Virus record (IMG/VR): IMGVR_UViG_3300042402_001861
Span: 96,001-160,000 of that record
Reading direction: 5' to 3' (one strand)
DNA length: 64,000 nt
Source of the DNA: a virus
Numbering within the stretch: position 1 is the first letter of the stretch; every line of letters begins with the position of its first letter. The position numbers were made by a program, and so were the translations under genes. The notes beneath the pieces are model-generated. The model did no database searches and was not told the origin of the DNA. It saw only the letters and a list, made by a program, of their open reading frames with translations. Positions 18,300 to 27,256 of this stretch are shown here, in pieces.

Positions 18300-18773
18300 A
18301 TGAGCAACCACTTTTCACAACTTCGTTTCTCTCCCGTCAGCAAGAGGAAGGTTCTGTATTCCTTCTATGACCTGACCATCCGCCCGATGCGGACCATGCC
18401 GCCATTCTCCTACGGTGTCAACAACATCGAAGGGCTCCGTGTCGTTACGATGACACCCGATGGCAAGGAGACTTCCAACACAGCATCCAAGGGAGACATC
18501 ATCATGAGCGGGGTAAGCCGCGAGAAGTATGTCATCCGTGGGGCGAAGTTCGGGAAGTTGTATGTGGGCACCATCGGTTCCACCGTATATCCCGAGCAGT
18601 CACCGAGGATGGTCGCAAGGTATGACGGTCCCAATGTCACATTCAAGGCTCCGTGGGGCGAGGACATGGTTGCCAAGAAGGGCGACTACATCGTCCGCGA
18701 GGGCGATGGTGCAGGATTCTACCGTGTGGCCAAGGCCGAATTCGAGAAGACCTACAACCCTCTGCCGAAATAA
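18300..18773 (+). CDS. PGDYG-like protein
   Basis: duplicated GDII/GDYI motifs, FKAPWGEDMVAKKGDYIV, FEKTY. Confidence 0.65.
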   Translation: MSNHFSQLRFSPVSKRKVLYSFYDLTIRPMRTMPPFSYGVNNIEGLRVVTMTPDGKETSNTASKGDIIMSGVSREKYVIRGAKFGKLYVGTIGSTVYPEQSPRMVARYDGPNVTFKAPWGEDMVAKKGDYIVREGDGAGFYRVAKAEFEKTYNPLPK

Positions 18774-18794
18774 ATACAAAAACAGGAGAACGCC

Positions 18795-19271
18795 ATGGGA
18801 TTCAACGACAACTGGGACGGAGTGAAGCGCATCGACCTCAACGAAAAGTTGATCGGCAAGCAGCACAAACTTGACTTCAACAAGGACGGCAAGTTGACCA
18901 AGACCGACTTCGACATCCTCAAGGGAATCCGCAAGGATGCCGAGAAGAAGAAGGACAAGAAGGAGTCCGTCGAAGAAGTCGATGAGGCCACGAATCAGGC
19001 ACCGAGACTGCCGCACTTCACCGACCTGAAGGACTTCGCTGCCAATGTCCGAAAGACAGCAATGACAGTCAAGTCTTCGGACATGCAGAACTATCTCCTG
19101 CAAGTCTCGGGTTCACTTGCTCATGCCGGTCAGCAGCAGGCATATTTCTTTGAAGGACTCATCAGTTCCCTTACGGACATTCACCGCAAGACCATGAGTC
19201 CTTCCAAGCACGGCAACATGGAAATACTGAAAGACCTTGAGATGGTGATCAAGGAACTCAAGAAGTATTGA
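18795..19271 (+). CDS. late protein with EF-hand-like DFNKDGKLTKTDF motif
   Basis: late promoter 18771-18776, AGGAG RBS, KKESVEEVDEA linker. Confidence 0.7.
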   Translation: MGFNDNWDGVKRIDLNEKLIGKQHKLDFNKDGKLTKTDFDILKGIRKDAEKKKDKKESVEEVDEATNQAPRLPHFTDLKDFAANVRKTAMTVKSSDMQNYLLQVSGSLAHAGQQQAYFFEGLISSLTDIHRKTMSPSKHGNMEILKDLEMVIKELKKY

Positions 19272-19356
19272 AATAGGCATTCGTGGGGTTGCGACATTTG
19301 ACTTGCATTCGGCGGTTCATGCTGTATACTTGTCGCAACCATCAAGGACAAACACC

Positions 19357-19539
19357 ATGCAGAAAGCGGAAAATACGATTCAGCGGCTCCTTGCCCTGCG
19401 AGACAAGTACGAGTACAACGACGATATTCGTGATGTGTGCAATCTCGCGATTTCTCAACTTCAGATGTTCGTCAAGGAAGATCGAAACACGATTGATCGT
19501 TTCTTCTTCCGTGGATGGGGAAAGGGAAAGGACGAGTGA
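19357..19539 (+). CDS. hypothetical protein
   Basis: MQKAENTIQ start downstream of a TTGCAT-16-TATACT element. Confidence 0.55.
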   Translation: MQKAENTIQRLLALRDKYEYNDDIRDVCNLAISQLQMFVKEDRNTIDRFFFRGWGKGKDE

Positions 19540-19793
19540 TGATGGATATTGCAAGATATCGCTTCCTGTCCAATGGGACGGGACCGTGTGTGAGGCTGAC
19601 GAGGGAAGAGCAAGAGCAGGGATGGCATTGGTGTTGGGAGTGGGATGACATGCTTGTCGGTCCCCACATGGCCGAGGCTTTCTCATGCACCTGTGGCGTG
19701 AAGAATCTTGAGGAGTGGAAGAACTCCCCCGAGGGAAAGAAGTTCGAAGAGGAACAGTTCAAGTGCGAACCCTTGGACGGTGGAACTTTCTGA
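19539..19793 (+). CDS. hypothetical protein
   Basis: TGATG coupling. Confidence 0.55.
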   Translation: MMDIARYRFLSNGTGPCVRLTREEQEQGWHWCWEWDDMLVGPHMAEAFSCTCGVKNLEEWKNSPEGKKFEEEQFKCEPLDGGTF

Positions 19794-20004
19794 TTTCCTA
19801 AACACTTGGGTGAAAGAACCCGAGCGAAGAAACATCCGCACCGTAAACTTCAAGATCGAAGGCGGTATCTCTGCAACTCTCGCAAGCAACATGATGATCC
19901 GTGAGAGCAACCGTGCCAAGGCTGAGGGATGGGAACAGGTATTGCTTGAAGTCCACACCAAGAACAACACATTTCAGTTGACCCTGACGGGCATCAAGTA
20001 CTGA
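19780..20004 (+). CDS. hypothetical protein
   Basis: GTG start overlapping previous gene. Confidence 0.5.
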   Translation: MELSDFLNTWVKEPERRNIRTVNFKIEGGISATLASNMMIRESNRAKAEGWEQVLLEVHTKNNTFQLTLTGIKY

Positions 20005-21282
20005 TTACTTGACGCAGCCCCAGAAAAGGTCTGCGCCAGCCTTGCTTGTTATGTCTATGCCCTTTTTGGCGGTAGTCTTTGACTTCGAACCCTCAACACG
20101 GGGAGCGATGGCAAAGGTCACTCTTGCCTTCTTGCTCTCTATTGTGCAAGACACATCAAATACGGACATTGATCTAGCCTGACGGTTTATGTCGGTTGCC
20201 TTTGTCGGAGTTGAGTGTACTTGTGTTATCTTTCCGATTTCTAGGTTTCCTGATGTTGCAGGGAACGGTTTCATGCTATAGATGTACTGTTGACCGTTCA
20301 CCTTGATCGTCTTGCTTGATGTGTTGAAGTCCACGGCTCCTGTCTTGGCAAGATTCGACAGGACTTTCTCTTCCATGTAGACGGGCTTCCCTACCTTTAT
20401 ATCGTTTATGGATGCCGCTTGGATTCTTATCCTTCTTTTCAGGGCAACCGTGGTTTCGCTCAATGATCCTCGCTTGAGGCGAACCTCCATCTCTCTCGCA
20501 GAATCATCCATCTTGTCAAGTGAGGAAATCGATGGGACTGTTCCGCCAACAAACCACGAAGGAAGTTTGGCACCAGAGTAAAGAAGCCCGATGTTTTCAA
20601 TATAGACAAAGTGGTCACCGCCATTCTTTGCAAGACCTTGCAAAGTTGCCCAGTAACTGTCTAGGGTGATTCTCCACTTTTCGCCGCTTTCCTGTGTCGT
20701 GTACTTCTTCAGTATTGGATTCCATATTTCCTTTGTGACCCAGAAGTGTATGTTTCCCGAGATAGTGGATTGATCGTTCATCCACTTTCCGATAGTCGGC
20801 AACATGACATCAAGTCTGGCTTCCACGGTTGTCAACTTCTTGAGTACCGACTTTCGGTTTATCTCACTCATGGAGTTCCACTTGCCAAGGGACACCTCTG
20901 TGGGGCTCCACTTCTTGTTGTTTCGATTGAGAGTGATGCTGACTCCCTGTGCTTCTTCTTTCTTCACTTCGATCACGATAGGATCGCTGAGTCTCTTTCC
21001 GTTCTTGTCTAGTTTGTAGATTGTAATGTCAGGCTGTACAGAACCAATTCCCTTGTCTCCTCCACCTTGAGAGAAATTGCTTACGACCTCTATCTTTCCC
21101 TGAAGATGCGAAGGCATTTCCTTGAGAAGTGCCTTGGCTATTTTGTTCTGCAACACACCGCCAGCCTGCCCACGAATCGACTTCTGCGGAGCCTTGGCTT
21201 CGAGGAACATACGGGCAGCAGGGGACAGCAGAGGAGAACTCTCGTCCAGATGGATGAACTGTTTTAGGGTTAGTGGCTTCAT
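20005..21282 (-). CDS. putative PD-(D/E)XK nuclease-like protein, candidate internal head protein
   Basis: QPDITIY...VIEVKK; MKPLTLKQFIHLDE; AT-rich; late promoter 21289-21294. Confidence 0.5.
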   Translation of the reverse strand: MKPLTLKQFIHLDESSPLLSPAARMFLEAKAPQKSIRGQAGGVLQNKIAKALLKEMPSHLQGKIEVVSNFSQGGGDKGIGSVQPDITIYKLDKNGKRLSDPIVIEVKKEEAQGVSITLNRNNKKWSPTEVSLGKWNSMSEINRKSVLKKLTTVEARLDVMLPTIGKWMNDQSTISGNIHFWVTKEIWNPILKKYTTQESGEKWRITLDSYWATLQGLAKNGGDHFVYIENIGLLYSGAKLPSWFVGGTVPSISSLDKMDDSAREMEVRLKRGSLSETTVALKRRIRIQAASINDIKVGKPVYMEEKVLSNLAKTGAVDFNTSSKTIKVNGQQYIYSMKPFPATSGNLEIGKITQVHSTPTKATDINRQARSMSVFDVSCTIESKKARVTFAIAPRVEGSKSKTTAKKGIDITSKAGADLFWGCVK

Positions 21283-21288
21283 GCTCGG

Positions 21289-21302
21289 TATTTATCTAAA
21301 TA
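21289..21302. promoter_or_regulatory. back-to-back late promoters
   Basis: TATTTATCTAAATA gives TAAATA on both strands. Confidence 0.7.
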
Positions 21303-21320
21303 AAAACCGAGGATACCCCC

Positions 21321-21578
21321 ATGAAGAGTTTCAAGAAACTTAAGGAAGAGTTGGCAGGCCGTGTTCAGGTTCACTACGGATCGAAGGACGGCTTTGGTAA
21401 GGATGTCAAGATCATCGCCACGGTTCCCCCGATGACTGAACCTGCCATCGAAAACAAGTACGACCTCATGCGAAAAATTGAAAAGTACATCAAAGACATG
21501 AAGACAAAGGGGTTGATCAAGGGGAATGGCTACAAAATCGTATACCCACATGACCCACAATGGCGTGGGAGTAAGTGA
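21321..21578 (+). CDS. candidate internal head protein
   Basis: MKSFKKLKEE N-terminus. Confidence 0.65.
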   Translation: MKSFKKLKEELAGRVQVHYGSKDGFGKDVKIIATVPPMTEPAIENKYDLMRKIEKYIKDMKTKGLIKGNGYKIVYPHDPQWRGSK

Positions 21579-21748
21579 GCAAACATGGGAAGAGAGCGTA
21601 AGGGAAAGATGGACAAGGGGGGCAAGAAGCCCGGACTTTCGTTGCAGGGACTGCCGAAGATTTATCCACCCAATGGTCAACCCATAAGCAAGGAACTTCG
21701 TGCTTGGGCAGAGCGGAAGATTGCCGCCAACAAGGCAGCAGGCAAGCG

Positions 21749-22048
21749 TTAACGGTAGCGGACGATCAGGGTCTTCTGCCAGATCGACCAAGTGACCTTC
21801 TCGTCATCGCCAACGATGTCCGAGAGAAGTTGCTCCACTTTTTGCCGAGCAGACTTGCGTAGTTCTGAATCGTCCTGCCGTTGCGAGTCACCAATTGGAA
21901 TCTGTCCGTTGAGTCCCTGTATCAGGTTGAAGTCGGGTGCATTCCTGAATTCAGGTATCTCCATCATTAGCCAACTAATGTCATAGGTCTTGATGACATC
22001 GGGACACATGAGCATCAGGCTCGTAAGCAGGACGGGAAGAATCTGCAT
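21749..22048 (-). CDS. secretin N-domain-like small protein
   Basis: signal-like N-terminus; KTYDISWL..IPEFRNAPDFNL; ends TLIVR. Confidence 0.45.
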   Translation of the reverse strand: MQILPVLLTSLMLMCPDVIKTYDISWLMMEIPEFRNAPDFNLIQGLNGQIPIGDSQRQDDSELRKSARQKVEQLLSDIVGDDEKVTWSIWQKTLIVRYR

Positions 22049-22323
22049 CAGTATTGCTCCGAATAGGGCTTGGCCCATGACAGGGCGATGATGTCCTCTA
22101 TGCCTAGAGGATTTGCGATCCTACGCAGCACACCCTTTTCCGTGGATGTTGGCTCTCCCGGCGTACCATTACGCATGGCACGGACGCACTTTTCAAGTGT
22201 TGCCTCGTCCAAGGATTTCAAAATTTCAAGGTATTCCTCGGGAATCGAAGCGGATTCGGGGACAGCCTCGTAGGCAATTTCAATCGGAGGCATTGAGATG
22301 TTTCCGTATCGGAATCTTGGCAT
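22048..22323 (-). CDS. hypothetical protein
   Basis: GAGGAG RBS; ATAGATAC upstream. Confidence 0.6.
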   Translation of the reverse strand: MPRFRYGNISMPPIEIAYEAVPESASIPEEYLEILKSLDEATLEKCVRAMRNGTPGEPTSTEKGVLRRIANPLGIEDIIALSWAKPYSEQY

Positions 22324-22389
22324 GGAAGTCTCCTCTGTATCTATGGGGGCAGGCGAATTTGAGGAATAGATACAGTAGAGGAATTCCCC

Positions 22390-22860
22390 ATGGCATATGC
22401 ACACAAGTTGGCAGAACTAGCCAACCAAATCACTAATCTCACCGAGGCTCCGATGCTTGCTCCAAGCACGGACACCGGCATGTTCGGCTACAGCAAGTCG
22501 CAGTTTGAGATGAAGATTCGCCAACTGCTTCAGAGAATGGGATTTGAGAAGGGCATCAACAAGATGGAGATCGGCTCCAACGGTAAGATGATGCTCCACT
22601 TCGCCAATGCAGCGAAGGCACGGGACTTCATGATCACATTCAACGGCATGGTTCGTCGCATGGCCAAGGGCGGTGCCACGGCTGCACAGATGGTGACTTC
22701 CTTCGACAAGAACAAGTCTCCCGGCACGGCTGCCGTTGTATCCGTTGACTTCTCCGTGATGATGAAGAAGGAAGGTGTCGAGGTCACCGAGGACATCTTC
22801 GTGATGCTCGAAAGCCTGCACGATTCGTTCATCAAGGAACAAACTTCTACGGAAGAATAA
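22390..22860 (+). CDS. hypothetical late protein
   Basis: GAGGA RBS; divergent ATAGATAC inverted pair at 22330-22381. Confidence 0.7.
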   Translation: MAYAHKLAELANQITNLTEAPMLAPSTDTGMFGYSKSQFEMKIRQLLQRMGFEKGINKMEIGSNGKMMLHFANAAKARDFMITFNGMVRRMAKGGATAAQMVTSFDKNKSPGTAAVVSVDFSVMMKKEGVEVTEDIFVMLESLHDSFIKEQTSTEE

Positions 22861-23174
22861 TGCACTATCGTGACTTGAAGAAAAAGTTGGAAGAGGAGAT
22901 TGCCAACACCACGGCGATCATCAATTATCCCGCAGGGTTCCAAGTAGACACGGTTCCATCTGACTTCGATGTCGAAGACTTTCCCGAGGATGATGAGTGG
23001 AGCAGAGACAGAAAAGACCTTGGCGACAAGTGGGAAGTTGCAAATGCAGCGGCAGCACGGGAACGCCGTGAGACTGTACTTCGCTGGCTTAAAGCCGCCT
23101 CTGGCAATCAGTTAAATGCGGTTGACAACAAGAGCCTCCCCAAGGTTCCCGGTTGGCAATCCGAGAAGTATTAA
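22860..23174 (+). CDS. candidate internal head protein
   Basis: MHYRDLKKKLEEE; TAATG coupling. Confidence 0.6.
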   Translation: MHYRDLKKKLEEEIANTTAIINYPAGFQVDTVPSDFDVEDFPEDDEWSRDRKDLGDKWEVANAAAARERRETVLRWLKAASGNQLNAVDNKSLPKVPGWQSEKY

Positions 23175-23262
23175 ACTTGACACGAATTGTGGGGTGAATG
23201 TAGACTCCCTCCCTATACATACCTATCCCTATCCATTGTGGGTCGGGAGTTACAAAGGAGAA

Positions 23263-24033
23263 ATGATGAAGAAAGTAATTACCTACGCTGCGGCTATGGT
23301 TGCCGCTCTTTCCTTCGGCCACATGGCTGCTGCTCAGGAGGCTGCTGCTCCTGCCGCTGCTCCGGTGTTCGAAGTCAAGAATTGGTACTTCCGCGAGAGC
23401 ATCGATGTGAATGCCCTCAAGGATAACGGCGGCACCTTCGTTGGACTGAACCAGACCCTAGGATTCGACATCATGAAGGATGTGACTGTCGATTTCAATG
23501 TTCCCGTGTATGCACAGAATGGCTACACCTCGGTGGCCAACCTCATGCTCGGTGCAAATTGGGCTGCGTTCAAGGGCAACAACAGCGTCCTTGGTGACTG
23601 GATGCTGAACTTCGGTGGCGGTTTCTACATTCCCGTTGGTACGGAATACTTCCGCAATGCGAATGTGAACCCGTTCGTGAACACCAAGTTCGGCTTCGAT
23701 CTGTGGAAGTTCGACTTCGCACAGACCGTTGACTACCGCTTCAACGGTGGAGAGTCCTACATCACTTGGCTCGGAGCCAAGACCGATTCGGATGTCCTCA
23801 CCCTTGTGTCGGATCTGTCCTATGCTTGGAACGCTTGGAACTTCGGCCTACAGTTTGACCAGTTGTACTATGTCAACAGCGGCGAGTACCAGTTGTTCCT
23901 TGGTCCGGTTGCTTCGTGGGAGGTTGCTTCGAATGTTTCGTTCGACGCTGCCATCCTCATCCCTGTTGCACAACAGGTCACTAGCGCCGAGTCCAATGCC
24001 TTCGTGAAGGCTGGCATCGAAGTCAAGTTCTGA
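23263..24033 (+). CDS. outer-membrane beta-barrel protein (porin/transporter-like)
   Basis: Sec signal peptide, alternating amphipathic strands, C-terminal AGIEVKF; AAAGGAG RBS; TTGACA-18-TAGACT at 23177-23206. Confidence 0.75.
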   Translation: MMKKVITYAAAMVAALSFGHMAAAQEAAAPAAAPVFEVKNWYFRESIDVNALKDNGGTFVGLNQTLGFDIMKDVTVDFNVPVYAQNGYTSVANLMLGANWAAFKGNNSVLGDWMLNFGGGFYIPVGTEYFRNANVNPFVNTKFGFDLWKFDFAQTVDYRFNGGESYITWLGAKTDSDVLTLVSDLSYAWNAWNFGLQFDQLYYVNSGEYQLFLGPVASWEVASNVSFDAAILIPVAQQVTSAESNAFVKAGIEVKF

Positions 24034-24057
24034 TTTCAAATTTCTGCTACTTCAACG

Positions 24058-24087
24058 GCAGGGAGTCGAAAGACTCCCTGCTGTTTT
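24058..24087 (+). terminator. Rho-independent terminator
   Basis: GCAGGGAGTC-GAAA-GACTCCCTGC-TGTTTT. Confidence 0.85.
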
Positions 24088-24100
24088 CCTAAATATCCAT

Positions 24101-24985
24101 ATGCGTAGATTCCGAAGTTTCGTTTCCGAAGGTTACAACGGCGATGGCGATTGCATGGAAGCCGCCGCCAACCTAATGATGCGTTTTCACACTCCTTTCT
24201 TCGGAAAGCAGTTGCAGTCCAAGTCGGGAAATCCCATTCTCGTCCATGCCCTCGTCTACGGACAGGGGCCGGTGAAGAATCTTCGGTTCCCCCATGCATG
24301 GGTTGAGGATGGAGATACCGTCATCGACCAATCCAACGGTCGCGATATCCAAATGGACAAGCGAGTTTACTACGCAGTAGGCAAGATTGATCCCAAGCAG
24401 AAGGGTGCCTACAAGACATATACCTTCAAGGAAATGAAGAAGAAGTTGACATCTACAGGTCACTACGGACATTGGGACTTGGATGAGAAACTTGAGGAAG
24501 TCACTTCGCGAATTGGCAAGATGCGAAAGCCGGTTGGACGCAAGGTGATGGACATCCTGAAGGAAGCAATCGTCAGCGGAGTGGGCGGTGGCGTAAGAAA
24601 GCCGATGCCCCCTTCATCCCCCGTCAAGAAGATTGAGTGGAACGAGTTGAAGCGGCTTGAGTCGATGCTTGACAATCTGTTCGCCGCTGCAAAGTTGGAC
24701 ATCAAGTTCACCAAGCACTTCCTTGAGAGAGTCAACGGTTCCCGTGGGTACGGCGGCACCGTGACGATGGGTGAGATTCAGGATGCCTTCAACAAGACAT
24801 TCAAGAAGTATGCAAGCGTCATTCAGAACAAGCCCGTCGATTGGAAGGCAGTCATCAACGATGTCTCCAAGAATCTCAACATGCCGTTTGCGTTGGATTG
24901 GGACGCAAGCAAGAAAAGCATGGTGATCCTGACGGCGATGAAGAAACCCAACTTTGCCTCGCCCGACCCAAAGTTGAAGGTCTGA
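24101..24985 (+). CDS. two-domain protein: transglutaminase-like plus RegB/RelE-like
   Basis: GDCME..PHAWVE..VID; LDIKFTKHFLERVN; MRRFRSFVSE; late promoter 24090-24095. Confidence 0.55.
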   Translation: MRRFRSFVSEGYNGDGDCMEAAANLMMRFHTPFFGKQLQSKSGNPILVHALVYGQGPVKNLRFPHAWVEDGDTVIDQSNGRDIQMDKRVYYAVGKIDPKQKGAYKTYTFKEMKKKLTSTGHYGHWDLDEKLEEVTSRIGKMRKPVGRKVMDILKEAIVSGVGGGVRKPMPPSSPVKKIEWNELKRLESMLDNLFAAAKLDIKFTKHFLERVNGSRGYGGTVTMGEIQDAFNKTFKKYASVIQNKPVDWKAVINDVSKNLNMPFALDWDASKKSMVILTAMKKPNFASPDPKLKV

Positions 24986-25029
24986 TAACAAACAAAGTTA
25001 TTGGTCAAATTCCGCAGCATCCAAGGGGG

Positions 25030-25058
25030 TTGACGGCGAGAACGGATTTTGCTAAACT
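25030..25058 (+). promoter_or_regulatory. sigma70-type promoter
   Basis: TTGACG-17-TAAACT. Confidence 0.6.
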
Positions 25059-25070
25059 TGGGTCAGACAA

Positions 25071-25943
25071 ATGACCACGACGATGACCGCCAACTCCCCA
25101 ACCGTCACGAACCGCCCCCTGCTGCCCGAGATGCAACCGGACTTCGCGACGATGGCGGTGCCTTCGACCGCCGATTGGGATTTTGTCAGGGAAACGGTTT
25201 CTATGACAAATTTTGTCAGGGAAACCTACCGTGGTGTCGTGTTCAGCGCCAAAAAGGTGGAAGATGCCCTAGAGCAACTACGCTCTCGCGGGGAAGTCTA
25301 CGCCGCCGTCATGACGGTCGATGTTGATGAGTCCCGCCCCGTATCCTCCGACTACGATCCTACCGTGTTTGGTAGGGTCTACCTTCGGGTGGCTTATCGG
25401 AACAACGCAACACCGAACAATCCCGTCGATGTCACCGCCATTCCCTTGGCTTCGATGTACACGCAGTTCTATCCGACCGCGAGTGACCGTGAGCGGCTGA
25501 GGGCCACCGTCACCGAGATGGTGGAAACCGTCAGTCCGCTGACGGATTATTGGAAGTCCCTGCTCACCACGGCCAAGTCGATGGTGGCTTCTCCCGACCG
25601 TGTTGAAGCAGCACGGACGGAATTGATCCTTGGGATGATGGAGCAAATCCGCAACGATATGCGGGCTGCTCTCAACGACAAAATGCGCCGTGGCTGCAAC
25701 ATCGGAGTCAAGGTCGTGAGAGGACGCAAGGTTCCTGTTGGCACCATGGGCAAGGTCTTTTGGGCAGGCAAGAATCAATGGGGTCTTCGGGTCGGGCTGA
25801 AGACGGACAAGGGAACCGTCTATTGGACCAGCGTGGCAAATGTTGAAGTCACCGACCAGCCCAACGAAATGGAAGTCCTGGCCACGGCTAGGCAGCGATA
25901 CACCAACATCTACTCCGACCTGTTCGGTTCCGCCCGAGACTAA
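25071..25943 (+). CDS. hypothetical early protein with SH3-like C-terminal region
   Basis: VVRGRKVPVGTMGKVFW; own promoter and terminator. Confidence 0.7.
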   Translation: MTTTMTANSPTVTNRPLLPEMQPDFATMAVPSTADWDFVRETVSMTNFVRETYRGVVFSAKKVEDALEQLRSRGEVYAAVMTVDVDESRPVSSDYDPTVFGRVYLRVAYRNNATPNNPVDVTAIPLASMYTQFYPTASDRERLRATVTEMVETVSPLTDYWKSLLTTAKSMVASPDRVEAARTELILGMMEQIRNDMRAALNDKMRRGCNIGVKVVRGRKVPVGTMGKVFWAGKNQWGLRVGLKTDKGTVYWTSVANVEVTDQPNEMEVLATARQRYTNIYSDLFGSARD

Positions 25944-25962
25944 CAAAAGTTTGTCTTTGCTG

Positions 25963-25990
25963 CCCCGCCCAAGAGGCGGGGTTTTTCTTT
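25963..25990 (+). terminator. Rho-independent terminator
   Basis: CCCCGCC-CAAGA-GGCGGGG-TTTTTCTTT. Confidence 0.8.
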
Positions 25991-25991
25991 G

Positions 25992-26019
25992 TTGACATCA
26001 ACCCCCCATGGGGTATAAT
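25992..26019 (+). promoter_or_regulatory. consensus sigma70 promoter of tRNA cluster
   Basis: TTGACA-16-TATAAT, 9 nt before first tRNA. Confidence 0.85.
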
Positions 26020-26028
26020 CCCGACAAT

Positions 26029-26101
26029 GGCACGGTAGACCAACGGCAGAGTCAGTTGACTCAAAATCAACATAGTGTGGGTTCGAATCCCACCCGTGCT
26101 A
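26029..26101 (+). tRNA. tRNA-Leu(CAA), short variable arm
   Basis: GGCACGG/CCGTGCT; GTTGA-CTCAAAA-TCAAC; GTGGG-TTCGAAT-CCCAC. Confidence 0.85.
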
Positions 26102-26113
26102 CTATAGATACTT

Positions 26114-26185
26114 GCGAATGTAACTCAGCGGTAGAGTCTCGGTTTTCCAAACCGATGGTCGTGGGTTCGAATCCCATCATTCGCT
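26114..26185 (+). tRNA. tRNA-Gly(UCC)
   Basis: GCGAATG/CATTCGC; TCGGT-TTTCCAA-ACCGA. Confidence 0.92.
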
Positions 26186-26190
26186 TATAT

Positions 26191-26295
26191 GCGTAGTTAA
26201 GCAGCAGGGGATAAACCGCTAGGCTTACTAGGGTCGCCTACTTGCAAGGGGTGATCTGATACAGAGCAACAGAGGTGCAAGTCCTCCGCTACGCT
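26191..26295 (+). ncRNA. tRNA-like element with expanded interior
   Basis: GCGTAGT/GCTACGC acceptor, GAGG-TGCAAGT-CCTC T-arm, no canonical anticodon arm. Confidence 0.5.
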
Positions 26296-26299
26296 TCGA

Positions 26300-26371
26300 T
26301 GGCCCATAGCACAACGGTAGTGCGATCCGCTGTTAACGGATAGGTTGAAGGTTCGAATCCTTCTGGGCCAG
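26300..26371 (+). tRNA. tRNA-Asn(GUU)
   Basis: TGGCCCA/TGGGCCA; ATCCG-CTGTTAA-CGGAT. Confidence 0.93.
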
Positions 26372-26373
26372 TT

Positions 26374-26381
26374 TATAAATA
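26374..26381 (+). promoter_or_regulatory. canonical T4 late promoter TATAAATA
   Basis: exact match upstream of protease gene. Confidence 0.75.
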
Positions 26382-26416
26382 ACCGTGTATGAGCCGATGT
26401 TGAAAGGAGGCTCACC

Positions 26417-27214
26417 ATGCGGATGCGTAATCTAGCGGCGGCTGCACTTGCGGTCGCTCTTCCCACGGTAGGGCTGAATGCCTGCAAAGGTGTCAGCCCT
26501 TTGTCTTTCCATGAGTCGATGGAGGCACAGCGAACGGTGGTGATACGCAGGATAATTTCCTGCAATATTGCAATCTCGTACAACAATGCATTGGGTTCGG
26601 GTGTTGTGTATCGCAAAGATGGAAAGTTGTATGCACTTACCGCTGCCCATGTCGTTGAAGACGAACCCACCACGGTCGCAGCATTTTCGGTAAACGGTTC
26701 AGCACCGATTCCTTTCGTCACAAAGACCCACGGAACCAAGGACATACTTGTGTTTGCCGTGGAGGAAAATGGAACGAATGTGTATTATGCCTGCAAGGCA
26801 GACATTGTTCTTGTGGTTCCAGAAGAGGACATAGCGGTCTTGCAGTTGCAGGAAATACCCGGCTTGGTTGAAAACATTGGCAATTCAACTTTTGACTTTT
26901 CGACTCCAACCATTGGTGAAAGAGTCTTTGCCGTTGGCAACACCTCTTTCGAAATTGGAACTTTGTCGGCAGGGATAGTTCAGCATGGAAACAGAAAGCC
27001 CGCAGGAAGCACAGGAGAACAAAGATTCGTACAGAGCGACTGTGCAGGAGGACCGGGGATGAGTGGTGGTGGGCTGTTCCTGCAAAGCACGGGAGAGTGC
27101 ATCGGAATCGTGTCCATGAAGAGCGATATCACGGGAAGCATTTATGCCATCCCTATGAGCAAAGTCAAAACTTCAATTTTGAATTCCCTTCGGAAGGATG
27201 TCTGTCCCGACTGA
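26417..27214 (+). CDS. trypsin-like (S1) serine protease, probable lipoprotein
   Basis: LTAAHV, EDIAVL, GPGMSGGG; lipobox-like LNAC. Confidence 0.85.
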   Translation: MRMRNLAAAALAVALPTVGLNACKGVSPLSFHESMEAQRTVVIRRIISCNIAISYNNALGSGVVYRKDGKLYALTAAHVVEDEPTTVAAFSVNGSAPIPFVTKTHGTKDILVFAVEENGTNVYYACKADIVLVVPEEDIAVLQLQEIPGLVENIGNSTFDFSTPTIGERVFAVGNTSFEIGTLSAGIVQHGNRKPAGSTGEQRFVQSDCAGGPGMSGGGLFLQSTGECIGIVSMKSDITGSIYAIPMSKVKTSILNSLRKDVCPD

Positions 27215-27256
27215 ACATCCATTGTCTCTATCTCGTACTTCTAGCAGGAGATCACC

